A DNA stretch of 64,000 nt, from assembly GCA_965637545.1 (NCBI GenBank), contig OZ281501.1, positions 930,001-994,000 of the forward strand, written 5' to 3'. This DNA is from Phallusia mammillata (taxonomy: Eukaryota). This document shows, piece by piece, positions 1-13,100 of this stretch. A model generated the notes under the pieces. It did not search any database. It was not told the origin of the DNA and worked only from the letters and a program-made list of their open reading frames with translations. The stretch's first letter is position 1; the number at the start of each line of letters is the position of its first letter. The translations under genes were made by a program, and so were the position numbers.

Positions 1-146
1 CGGTAGAAGTACAAAGTTTTAGAATTTTTCTCTTAAATGTTTGCCTGTTGTTATCAAACATGAACAACTGCTGCACGGATTTCAATTAGCAATGCTAAAA
101 CTTCCTTAGTGACGTGGTAAGGTTAGATGTTATTTATGTAACATAC

Positions 147-3100
147 CCAGTCGTTTTCCTGCATGATGCTGCCAAGCGTTGTGTTGTGAACGTATCGAAG
201 CACCTTACTGTCCTTCCTGGTTTTGTCGCTTATCTCTTGCACACAAGGGCTGTAACCGTTCGAACTTTCAATGTTCTCCATCTATTAATACGCAAGTGTC
301 AAGTTATTGGATAAAAGTTATTTGGTTAACAATTGTTAGGCTGTGTCTGAAGCCTAATAAAGGCGAAAGGTATGTTAGTATTTTTGTCAAGCATTTGTTG
401 TGGTGCCTTATTTCTTGCCATTGGAACTTGTGAATATTGTACAAATTTAGATCAATACTATTTAACCTGATGAAGGCGACCTGTATAGGACGTCCAAACG
501 TCGGTACAAAAAAAATCACCAGAAGAGCTCTATAAATTTGATTGTAAGAAGACATGTTGTCAATGCAACGTACCACAGTCCAGCTCAGAGCGGATGTATA
601 GTCGATCTGAACTTGTGTATCGAAAGCGTTTTCTCCAGCGTTGCTCAGATTCACTCTCACGACAATTGGAGTAACCGAAGTTGCTCGGGTCACAACCAAC
701 TTGTTACCGTTGTTGCTCAGATCTTCACTTCGACCGGGTCTGTAAATTGGTTCGTGCATTGTATTACTGATTATACCGTTGTGAATATAATAATATTTCA
801 ACAGGTGCGATTGGAAAGAATTGTAAAAGGTGGTGTTCTACAAGGAACAACGTTTTCACTATTTTTAAAAACAAAAATAATTCTTTCAATATAAGTTTTG
901 GTCTTAATTTAACTACAATTTCTTGGTTACAAAATTTCATGCAGTTAAACAATACACTTTATCTTCTTTGCATTTCTTGACAAAGTGAATGTTGTTTTAA
1001 ATGATGTGACTTGTCACGCAGAGTAGTGCAGTGCTTGTTACTTGTAGCTAAGTTGCAGTTGTGGTTTGTGTGTCTAGCAGCTCGTACTTGGCATAATGGT
1101 ATAAGTTATGAAAGGTGTAAATCATAACGATTTCGAGAATCAATTTACTAAACCTCACGAATATAACTTTTTTCTTTGCATTTCAGAAATTGACGTGACT
1201 TATCACACTGCGTGATGTTGTTTACACTTGTTGGAGTTGTATTGTGTTTGCTTATAGCAACTCGTACTTACAGCATAATGTTGGATGGCAATGTTATTCC
1301 CACAGCAACTTGTAAATCGTAGCTACACACTTTATCAGGTCCACACTTCTTGGAGAACTCGGTCTGGTCGGAAGCCTTATTCGGAATGGATCTAAACAAA
1401 AACATTCAAGCATTTATCTTCAACATCCGTGGATGCAAACTTTAACTATTAAATGTATTACAATTTATGATTTTTATGGAAGCTAACTTTTGGTAAACAT
1501 TTTAAAATTGTCTGCTTGTTTATTGTTTCAGGGTACTTGCTTAGACTTTGTTTAAAACTGTAAACTTTACATGGAACTTATAGCCAATCAAGTAACTATA
1601 TTCAAAACAATAATACTTCGTTGATGCAAATACTATTGACGCAATGCATTTTCTGTTTACCTACATCATCTCTTACGATACATTACGCATGTCTAGGGTA
1701 TCTCATATTTGTGCTCATAAGGTTGTAACATAATATCTAAGTAAACAACTTACGGATCTCTGACTGATGAGAGAGGAAGGCTCTTGTGGGCTTCAGTCAA
1801 ATCGAAAGTCATGTTTACTGCTAAGGGAAATGTGTAGTCCTGAATGTTTTTCTAAAAACAAGAAACAAAATAGTTTATTTAAAGTCACAATAACTAGTCG
1901 CCTTAAAGTCTGCAATCCATTTTGTTATTGAAATATGAAAGTGTACAAATTGCAGTGCTGATCCAATACATAAAACAGAGTCGTGCCATTTAACTCGCAT
2001 ATGCCGTGGTTCATTAGTCCATTGTTATTGGTGTACCGTAAAATTCTTAATCAAAAATGATTTCTGAAGTATATTCATTTATTGTCTATACGGAAGTTCC
2101 ATTTTGTCATGTAACGTGGAAAGACTAAACCAACATTCACGCCTTATATTTTTTCTGTGGCCTACATTCTTCTAGATTTAGAACAGTGGTTCCCAACCAG
2201 GTAGGTTGAGGGGAGGAATTTATTTTTTATTCTTGCTAGAAAAAAATTGTCGCCTAAAATCCTCAGGTGCATTGGTTTGTTTTACATTCTGTATCAAGCG
2301 CACGATTTTTAGCCATACATTTATGTCTACGTGACCTTTGCAAGCTTTTGGAAGTGCGATTGATTGCATGCGCCTGTCGATGATTACAGCGATATGCGGG
2401 CTTCCTGCATTAGTTTGTTATACAGGCGCTTTACTATTTGAACACCAACAGCATGTGTTATACCTTGACGTAGATGAGCCGGCTCCAGCACTGTTCTATG
2501 TCCTTCACCAACGTCACATTTCCACTATGCACTGAGTCGCCGGTTGTAGCGTTCGATGCAGCTCGAAATTCGATCCTGTTCAACACTGAGTCGATTGTTG
2601 TGTTGTAAAGTATTTCTGCAAAGCACGAACTAAGTTAAAACCTACCGTAAAAGTGTGTTACGTCATTGTGGACATATAAAATTGTTTACAGTTTGGATAG
2701 CGTAGTTATTCTTGGTTCTACAGAACACTTGTCTAAGTCACTGGTTAACAAAATGTGGGCCATGGACCAGCAGTAAGCTGTGAAGGCACTTTAAGTTAGC
2801 CATAAAGCTGTTTTAACATGTGCTATTTTATGACATTATATGCTGTCATGTTTACGTAATGGTAAACAGGAGCTTTTGGCCGTACAGGGGTGAATGTTAT
2901 TGTAAAAGCACGTGGGTAAAATAAATATTTGACCCACTGGTTTAGCAAACAGGAGTTTTAATTGTAAAGTATTCTAGAATTTGGCTGGGAAAATTTATTG
3001 GTTTCGACAAAGTATAAATAACAGCACTATTGAATGCCATTGAAACTGCTAAGATCAGGAAGTTTCTCTTAACATACAACGTAGCAAAGACTTTATTACC

Positions 3101-6100
3101 GCAACTATTAACTTAAATAACTGTGTTTACGCGGAGAGTAGATACAATTTATGGTATACTTTCTATGCTGATATTGTAACAAGCCTCGAATGCATTGGAA
3201 GCTGCCAGAGCTCATAAAGTCGGACTCACCCAAATTCGGTTCTACGGATTTTCCTGTGTAAGAGATACACGATGTGATGTTGACGCACTGTCGGTTGGGG
3301 GTGTTGAAACAAGCCAGGATGTCGATGCTAGTTTTGCTGTACGTGACACTGCTGGTGAACTTCACAACCGGTCGTGTCCTGCAAATGCAAGTGTGCTAAT
3401 AATAGGAATGAATCGGTATCAATTTAAGAACGCTATTGTTGAAATTTAAGAGTGGATTGGACAAAGAGGCTAAAAATGGAGTTATATGAATGTAATAATG
3501 AAACTATATACCAGGACCTTTGCTTGACTTTTACATGTCCCTGAGGAATGAATACGGTTCTCACTTTCACTCTTTTAATTAAATAGTTATTTATGAGTTT
3601 TTTGGCAAGTTGCAACGAACCATAAGAAACAAGGACATTTGCATGAGTGATTATTAGTTACCTGAAAATAACAACAGTGTCGCTTTTAGGAGCTCCCACA
3701 GCCACATCCGGGTAATTGTTTCCATCCAAGTCAACTCCGCCTTGCAACGATTGTCCGAAGTATTGCAAGTTGTTGGTTTTTAGTGAGGACGCCAAAATGA
3801 CCTGCCAAACATGTATGCAATGTTAAAGAAAGGATAGAGTACAAAATAACTGCCACATGCAAATATACGCTTTTCCCGCGAATTATTTGCATGCAATTCA
3901 GGTGCTATCTTCCTTATTCTAACTATAGCATATTATGTTTGTTGTTTAAATACTTCTTAGATTAAAATGAGGCATGCACGTTGTGTTGTTGTTTTTTCAG
4001 GAGATTCACATTTTGTACAAAGGACTCTTAATTTTTATGTCGCTTGCGGATAGTGTGTCGTCTAACTTTATTATAGTTCCGTATTCCGTGAGTCGCAAAC
4101 ACTGAAAAAGAAACTCCCTCCTACATTAAAGACAAAGAAAAGGCTCAGTATAAGGAAGTAAAGTTGTGCAAAGACTCCAACCAGCTGAATGGTCGAAACT
4201 GAACTTTATTTATCAAGCAACTGTATAAATAACCCAGCAACTTTTCTATGACACACACACCTGTTTCAGAGCAGTATCGACTCCAGTTGAACTTCCGTGA
4301 TAAACGAAAATTGCTCCTCTGTCGCCTTCGGTCAGGGGGGCACCTATTATTACGTCATTGTAGCCATCGTCATTGAGATCGCCCGCCAGAGCAATGGATG
4401 TTCCGAATCTGCCTCCTGCTCTCTGCTCTCCTGTCAGTTCAATTGGCTGGTAATTCGCTGATGCCTAAAAAATGAGATGTTGAAATGTTATGGATATTCT
4501 GCATGGTTTTATATAAGCTATTACTGCCAGGCATAACGTATAAACCAGTATTACTCTTTCAATTAACCATTTATCCAACTTTATAAGAAATTTGTCTTGC
4601 AATTAGCCATTATCTTGATGAAGGTCTTGCATTGGACGACAAAACATCGATTATTTATAATAAAAACTGCAGGAAGAGCAATATTCGTTTATAATGTATG
4701 GTTTATGTTCCCCAAGATAATTGTAAATACCGACCAAAGTTAAAAGCACTGCAAAGTCAAACAAAAGTGTTAAACATTTTAAACCTAGATGTTGATTGCC
4801 CATTCTTGATGTAAGTATTTAAATTCACTAATCTGTGGATTAGACATCGACCAATTTTGCTCACTGCTCTTAAAGTAATTGTATTTCTGTGATTGCACGA
4901 GACGGAAACAGATCAAACGTTTATCTGTGGAATAAGACTTGCTTAAATTATTCTTTAAAAGTTTGAAACGATTTCGATTCTTCGGCGCTGTTTGATATCT
5001 TTAGATACTGATGATGTCTATACTTAGGTTAAATATATTTATCTACACCCCAAAAAACGTGGATGACTTCAGACTTGTCAAAGTTACCAGTTTGTTAAAA
5101 ATTTAAAACAACACTCCAAAGCTCACCCATCTAGCAACAGAGTTAGAAGGCTGAGAAACGTATACGAAGACGCGACCCTCGTCAAAGTTGTTGCCGATAT
5201 ACAGAGGCGCCCCAACAAGCAAATCATCCTTTGAATCGCCGTTCACGTCCGCACTGAGAATAGTTCCTCCAAAATAACTTCCAAGTTGCTTGTTTTTCAC
5301 CTGTTCGTTGTACTGCGGCCTGATCGTGTGAGAGTTGGTAAAGTTCTTGTTGTCGTCCAGAGTGTTAGGACGGTAAACCACAACCTTAACGACAAAAATG
5401 ATCACATATTCTACATAATCCTTGAGCCAGTACATTATTACAAATTTCTCTTTTGGCAATCGTATTTTTATACCGACGTTTCCTCATTAGAGTAATACAT
5501 AAACTAGAGACAGTGCACAATGTTTCAATCTATAGAAGTCTCATCAGTGCTGCTGGTGACACGACATTGGTCGTATGATCTAATGTAACCATCTTACGGC
5601 CCTCCAGTTTGTTGGGAGTAACAAACTAAAAAGTCACAAGGATAAATTTAGCTCATACGTACGATCTCACGTCACCAGTTGCACAGATGAGACCCTATAG
5701 GTCAAAACAGTGTGCACTGTATGCAGCTGATAACATATTGTTGTTGAATGCAATTGCAAGCCTTCACATAGGACTCAACATTTAATATGAGATTAAATTA
5801 GTTTTCATAACAAATCAGCTAGTTTAAACTTTTAAAACTGCTTTAAAATTTGACCTGAGTTAGTTTTTTTTAAATCAGTTTTGGCCACGTTAAGTTTGCA
5901 ACTACTAAAATGTGAAAACAATTTTGGATACTTAAACGGGTGGTTTGACGTCTGATGGCAAGAGCTCTAATGATCACAATATGAGATCACTTCTGATTAA
6001 TGAGACGTTTTATCGATCTCAATATAGAAACACTGCCGTGTCATTTTACCACGAAAAGCAGCCACAAGAGCATGCAAGGTTATTATGGTAGACATAAACA

Positions 6101-6927
6101 AAGCCAAAGTCACGTTCATGGTTACAATAGAATCTTCGCTTTTTATTTACGGCGATGGCAACAGATACGTGTCTTATTGCTGAAGAACAAAAGCATTGCA
6201 TGTGTCAGTGCAATATAGTACTGCACAACCACAACAGAATAGACACATATGGAGTGCTCCTAACCCTAAGTTATTTGTATTATTTTTGTAGTACAAATGA
6301 TTGTAACTTACAGCTCCTTCCAGAAGATATCGAGGTGCTCCACCTGCAATGTATTCTCCCACTCCTGCTCCATCATAGTAACCTGTTGTCACTGAGTAAC
6401 CTGCGAAAATATAATTTCATTAGCAAAAACAGTTACCCGGAAAATGTGCTTAAATAGCCATTGGTAAAAAGGAAAGAGCCTGATTTATAAATGTGGCGGC
6501 TTCATTTTTGCATGCTGCGACGATTTTATTGTTTTTTAATTGATTTTATTCTCTGCGCATGAAGAAAACGACGGGACGACGCCTGTATGCGTTAAGCCTA
6601 CTATGGATTGCTAGTCCCATTTCAAGTCCGTTGGTTTATTTTTCTTTGCATCAGTTCTTTGACTTTTGAAGTTAGTTTAACCAGTCAAATTCCTTAGTGT
6701 TAAAACAAGACATGTGACCCGAAACAAATGTGACCTGAAAGAGATGCTTGAAAATACTTGTTACATTCCGAATTACCTAAATAAGACTCCTTTGGACGCA
6801 GCGGCAGAACAGAGCGGACTTGATCGAAGTCAGGAATATCAGGGACTTGGTCAGTTGTGGAGCTGTACACTGTGAATGTTCCGGACCAGTCGTAAGCACC
6901 GACTGTTCCAAGAACAAGACGACCACT
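147..6927 (-). CDS. Integrin alpha constant/C-terminal region (beta-propeller blades 3-7, thigh, calf-1; continues beyond position 1)
   Basis: 11 in-frame GT-AG exons: 6777-6927 (SGRLVLGTVGAYDWSG), 6312-6400 (YSV..GGAPRY), 5127-5384 (GSYFGG..DVNGDSKDDLLVGAPLY), 4261-4464 (GRFGTSI..DLNDDGYNDVIIGAP), 3662-3801 (YFGQSL..DLDGNNYPDVAVGAP..FR), 3230-3378 (TRPVV, thigh start), 2464-2615, 1754-1851, 1272-1391 (KCGPDKVCSYDL), 574-739 (NLSNAGENAF), 147-281. Three FG-GAP Ca-binding DxD/NxDG motifs; exon phases chain correctly. TM and GFFKR tail not in window. Confidence 0.95.
5677..5728 (+). ncRNA. Type I hammerhead-ribozyme-like repeat (core-mutated copy; inverted partner at about 5505-5550)
   Basis: Stem I AGTTGCA/TGCAGCT, core CAGATGA (consensus CUGAUGA), stem II GACC-ctata-GGTC, AAAA (consensus GAAA), stem III CAGTG-tg-CACTG, then TA (GUA site). 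Confidence 0.55.
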
Positions 6928-8270
6928 CTATAGAAGCAACAACAAAATACATTTGTTTAGTTGAAAGTTGATACAAGAGTGAAATACTTTTATCAAAACG
7001 TTAACAACTACATAGACTTTATTCACTACACAATAAATCAAATAAAAATCATAAATACATACAATCTCTCAAACACACACACATACACACATATTCAATC
7101 AACACACACACACATTTCCGCCGCTTCGCGTTTCGAAAACCCTAAACAAAATTGACACAGACACCGATAGGATTTTATTTCGCGAAGAACAACGTCGCAA
7201 AATTGTAAAAGTCTTCTTCTTGGAGTCAACCTGCAACAAGCCGTTATTCATTTAAACGCATAAGGTTAATGGACGACCGACATTTGTGCGTCATAACATT
7301 GCGTATGTTACCGAGATGACCAAGTATAGCCACCAAGTATCGATTCACCCCATTATCTGTGACGTCACTTCCGTTGTTGCTCCACCGAAGAAACCTGCGA
7401 CAAGATAAAGAGCAAAATATCATGAATTTGTAATTCCTATAGGCCAGCTTGTACCAAAGTAAAAGGGTTAAAACGTAAAATATAATTGTTGTGTACGGTT
7501 TATCAAGTTAGACAACACAGCCTTGCTGAAAACGAAAACGATTTTTGAAATCAAACCTGATTTTATGTGTAGCCCATTTTCTTTATATTTATCTTGATTC
7601 TTTTTACTAGAACGCTAGAATTGTGTAATAATTTTAAACAAGAGCGCTTGTCTATCGGTTCAAACTTATTTCTTTATGAGAAAAAGTGCTACATTTTGTG
7701 ACCTAAAAACGAGGTTCATTCTTTTTTGATTTTTCTAAGCCACTTTTCAAACCACCATCGCACGTTTCGACAAAATGCGCCACAGGAAAACGGTCAAGAA
7801 TATTGCACTAACTCAAGGCGGTAAGCGGGCCAGACTGTTATGAATCGTTTGTGTTCAAAAACAGCAACGGCAACTATGTTACCATGAAGGGGTTTCCTCT
7901 CTAACCGACGCACGTCACGCAACATAACAACGAGAGGTCAAATAAAGGTCTATATATCGCAGGTTGGGGCTGAGCGGTAGAAAGGTTGCGGTAAAGCGAA
8001 CGGACTTCCAGGCAGCTGCAACAAACACGCAGGACAAATATGGCGTTACGGTCATAGCATCGTGACTGTTATGAATCGTGGTAAAACGGCAACAAATAAT
8101 TTTCTCACTACACGACGTTATTTATAAAACGGTTAAACCAACAATCCTTATTTGGAACCATTCATCGCTTTTTATACACTTGATTAATTATGAAGCATGT
8201 TTATGTAGGAGAATTTAGTTCACGGACTACATATACCGATGTTTGTACTTTAGTTTGCAGTTTGCCAACT

Positions 8271-8455
8271 TAGTAAACCGCGGTTAATTCAGACTCGTTT
8301 GGGCCAACAATTTGTCCAAATTATGCGAAATCCTAATTAACCGATGTCGATTAGGTTCAGCCTTACCACATTACAAATCATTTGCGCCTTAAGTTTTGTC
8401 TGAATTATACAAAGATCTGGATTAACCGAAGCCAATTTAACCGGGGTTTACTGTA
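8271..8455. mobile_element. pogo/Tigger-like MITE (inverted second copy at about 54067-54232)
   Basis: Imperfect TIR AGTAAACCGCGGTTAA / TTAACCGGGGTTTACTG followed by TA; internal CTTACCACATTACAAATCA occurs reverse-complemented at about 54141-54160. Confidence 0.65.
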
Positions 8456-8967
8456 CTTAGAATTTTACAACAATTAGACCTTAGTTAGTTACACAAAGTA
8501 CTTCAAGAAATCTACGCCTTGGTGTGTAAACCAGCATATATGCATTACAGCTTTTGTTTGGGTGAATGATTCAGAGCCGGAAATATACACAGGAGCGTAC
8601 GAAATGGCGCAACATAGCTTGTTGTCAAACAATTCATGCACAAACTATAAGCAACAGTGCCAAGATGCGATGAAGTTGATGGTTCAATCAAACCAACAAC
8701 TTCGACAACAATGTTTCTGGCTTTTCCGTTTAACAATAACTTAATGTCATAATACAACGTATTCAAAACAAGATATAAGTAGTAAATTTGATCAATAAAA
8801 CAGCGAAACATCACATAAAATTATTAAGCTTTTTGTATTATCATTATAACAGTTAAATGATTGTCTGACAAAGATTTTCAGCAGGCACTATACACTAGTT
8901 CGCACTGAATCAAACAACAAAGGCTTTCAAACTTTGAAAACATAAGGAAAAAAAGTTACAAACTTAC

Positions 8968-9210
8968 CTTTTTAGTCAGGAGAATTTCATATTGCCCTGT
9001 CAAGAACACTTCAGCGACTTGAACGCGACCCACAAACGTTGATTAGCTGAGCGGGTTGCGTGTTATAAATACACTACAGTAGTGCTGGTTCTACTGTAAC
9101 GCGACTGTCGTTCTGCCGAGCGTTTGTGTGCGCGCTCGCGTCTGCTTGCTTGAAACCGGAAATGACGTGTGGCAAGCTCACGCGCCATGCCTGCTGTTAC
9201 GTCACAATGC
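8968..9210 (-). promoter_or_regulatory. Candidate internal promoter and short non-coding exon inside the variable/constant junction intron
   Basis: CpG-richer patch with ETS/CRE composite CCGGAAATGACGTG (about 9157-9170), TATTTATAA (about 9064-9072) and a consensus donor AAAG|GTAAGT at 8968/8967 not used by any coding exon. Confidence 0.35.
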
Positions 9211-10155
9211 ATAAGCGCTGTCTTGTTCTGTCTGACGGTTGCGTCGGGGCTTAAATCATTGTTAGTGGCGCAAACGAATCATGAAGCAAGACTGATGATG
9301 ACGGTCAATAAAGCTATTAAACCCCGTCCAATACCAGGGCTTTGTTGATGTTGTTACAATTATGGTGACCCAGGCTATCAACCCATGACATATGATGCGT
9401 ATTCACGTGAGAAGTCATATTTGATATTGCAATACGTGGTTACTTTTAGGTCAAAACTAGGCATACAAACATTAAATCATTAGAAAGTTTGTCTCTTTTA
9501 TACTTCTCCTGAAGCAGAGGTTTTGAGGGGAGCAATTTGACATGCAAAATCGTGTTAGGTGTTGAAAATTGCGAGGTTAAAGAAACTTGGAATATTTTTT
9601 TACAATGGAAATCAGCAAAGGGGGACGTCAGAAAAAGGTTTCAAACCTATGTCCTTAATCGTATTGTACTTGATATTTTTCTCTAACAATCCACAGGGGA
9701 CACTAGAGGTGCTGTTTTACAAATTGCGTCGTTTGTAACAAGATTAACAACTTGTAACGAGCATTAAGCCATGTTCAGTAGCAGATTTAGTTGGCTTAAA
9801 TCCGTGTGCGTCAGAAGAAATCATTTCTCGGTAGCTGGTTTCATGTAAGGGCATCGTGCGTCCCATCACGAAGATGTTTCCCGTTAAATCAGTCACTGAT
9901 CGCATGGAGTTTGATAAATGACTTTACGATGTTGTCAAAGCGCCAACATTTCCATCAGTTTGTTGGATAAAACACAACAATATTGGAAAAGAAAAAGCGT
10001 TTTGTGGTAGCGTATGTTCATTCTACATGTTGGCGTCCGATAAACTTTGCAATGAGCAAAACCTCAGACAAAATTCTACAAGCCTATTTCACTTAAGCAT
10101 TGCAAAATACCGTGTTACTGGCGGAAGTCAAGAGAACCGGCTTAGTTGTTCTTAC

Positions 10156-13100
10156 CCTATCGACAGTTGACGAGATTCCCGCTTGACATTGCATCAGTTC
10201 ATTAGTCACTCCAGGTTCCGATGTCCCTCCTAAAACAGTTTCAGGCTTAATTTGTGACTTTTCTGACTTTAGGTTCACTGGTGCGATGTTAACAGTCACA
10301 AGTCACAAAAATAACCAGACAAGGACGTGTGAAGTAGCTTGGCCAAAAACAAAACCGCTAAAGTTCATTGGGTTAAGTTCGTTGGTGCAATCTTAGCAGT
10401 CACAGCGCCCAAATCACAAGAAAAGCAAGACACGGACGGACGTGAACTTAATCACAAAACTGCCAGAGAACGTGTGTGTACACACATCAGCGATTGTAAA
10501 CGGGTATTGCATTATATTCCACTATACACATGCTTTCACAGGCAGTTCTGTTTGTCGTATTAACCTGTTTATGCAAAAAAATACATCAAATTTAAAAAAT
10601 ACATCTAATTTAAGAAAATTCAGTGTGAAAAATCACCAAATCTGTTGCTATATTTTACTTGTAAGAAAAGAAGGTCAATAATAATAATAATAAAATCTTA
10701 TATCAATAATAAGAAAAGATTTACTACATCTAAGCGTTTTTCGTTTTTCGTTTTTAATGTGGAGGTAAAGGTCAATGTGAAGGTCATTCGAGTCACCTTC
10801 TAGCTGTTGAACTCCTCTTTGCACTTGAGACACGATTGTTGCCAAATCGTCAAAGTTGTCCACGGTGATCACTTTGTCCTTGTTGTTGCCAGCTATAAGG
10901 ACAAGTTGCTCAATCACATAATTTGCAACGCCCACTGCAAAAGTCTCAACTCCCTCTTGTTTAGCATAGCTCGTCGCGCCTGGGAGTTGTCTGTAAATGT
11001 AAACGAGTAAATTTAGGTAAAGAATCACAAATTTCCATTCTGTTGTGAATCTGAGTATTTGTGACAACTTTTCGTAACGTCAATATTTAAAAGCAAAGAC
11101 TTACTAGGACTATACACGGACTTAAAGAGTAATTTAATCATAAACATAACTGCCAAAGACGTCACTTTACACCCGCACTGATGATGACAACAGTGACTGT
11201 TGAAACGTATGCATGATGCATTCTATATACACCAGTACTTTGGCAGTTATGTTTGTGAATAAAGACTTACTACATACATCAAAGTAATCCTATGCTTTTT
11301 ATTTTGAAATACTCCGCTTAGAGCTCGTATAGTAAAGCGTCTAACGATCAATACATTCTCAAAAAGTTTCAGGAAATAGCAACATCTGCAAAAAATGAAT
11401 TCATCAAATACCAACTCTCTGACAGTTTTGTTTTTGACCAAGCTACTTTCAAGTCCCGTTTTAGCAATATGGCGGCTATGTAATGTGGATACGCACGTTG
11501 AATCGTCAGCATGTCCATCAGTGAGTAAAATCATCACTCTTCTTGCCGTGGGATATCGACTGGTCGGCCCTTTGAAGTCTTCCTTCACTGTTTTGTTTAT
11601 GGCGTGGGCCGTATAAGTTGAAAAACCGTGGTACTGTAGAAAAAGCATCAGATGCAGTTGTGCCATTGCTGTGCATAAAACTATCAAGGAAGTGAAAATC
11701 AATCTTATTAAGGATTTACCTCAATTTGATCAACCTTTTTGTCAAAGTCTTTCTTGTCGGCGAAATTTCCAAGTGGTATTTCCGTCTTTATGTATTTCTG
11801 AACAACCCTGTTTGGATACCAGTATGAATATTGAACCTGCAAAAGCAAAGTATACCAAAACATCATGTTTCTGGTGATTATAGGCAAGAGATCAAGAGAA
11901 ATGAAAATGAAAATTCTATCAAAAGACTAACCATTCATTTACTCAAACATTTTACAGTTACACATTGCCCAATCAACAACCTCAAAATGTCCCAACCATG
12001 TTAATGGACTAGCATTGTTTGAACAAGTATTGTATAATTACGGGTATAAGCACCAAATTGCAAAAAATATAACTACATAAAGCAAACGACAAATCCCTTT
12101 CCAACTTACCACTCCCACTTGAGTATCAGAGGCGATTTCGAATCCATCAGTGACATCCTTCACCCATTTCTTTACTTTTTCAAAACTCGCGTTTGTGACC
12201 GAATGTGATCCGTCCAACACAAACATGAGGTCAATAGGTTTTTCGAAACAACCTGAAACGTCATAAAGCATCATAATGTTGTCAATAACCTTACAATGAT
12301 GGGTAAAGTGACACAACAATGCCGAATTGTTGCGGCTTGTGGTGTACAGCTATGTTGGCTTACTTGCACGACAAGGAACTCTCTTCTGCCACTTAGTGAC
12401 CAGTCGTCCGTCACCGCGCCCCGGAACTTTTTCAGAAAAGTAACAAGCTCCCTCTGCTTTGTAGTTTGAACCACAATCGTGAAGTCTAAGGTGGGCGCAG
12501 GTCTAAAAAAACTTAAGTTTGTCGGCTGCACTGCTTGTTGTATGTCCGAAAGGTTAAAAGAAAAGGAATACCCATAATATTATTACTGATATTTAAACTT
12601 AAATTTTTTTGCCAACTTGACGCTGTAAGCCTGTCACATGGGTTAAACAAAATGTGATAAGTTCAGATATAAGTCAACAGTGTCATGTTCATCCTGCTCA
12701 CTTTTACGACAGCTGTTCAAGAGGCACAAGTTCTAACACAACCAATTTGACCTTTTAGACCAGGGGTGGGGAACCTGGGGCCCGCGGGCCGCATGCGGCC
12801 CGCTTGCCTTTTTAATGTGGCCCGCGTCACAATTTTGTTAAAGTACAGCATAAAACGTACCATAAAAAAAACAATAATAAAATGTTTATGTACAAATATT
12901 TACTTGAAAAGACTTCGACATTTCTACATTTGACGTCAAACTTATTAAAATTGCCACACATTCAACCGCTTGCTGTATTTGTGACGTAACAGTCACTCGA
13001 TTGTCTCTCCTTACAATAACAAATCATTTGCCATGTGGTGTTAGTTTTAAATGGAGCTAGGGTGTTCCAGAAAGAATGCACAGATTTTAGTCGAATTAAG

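Noticed and set aside
8545-8814. Nested gene or C/D snoRNA in the junction intron
   Set aside because: No convincing C box with a terminal stem, and the short ORFs on both strands lack recognisable motifs.
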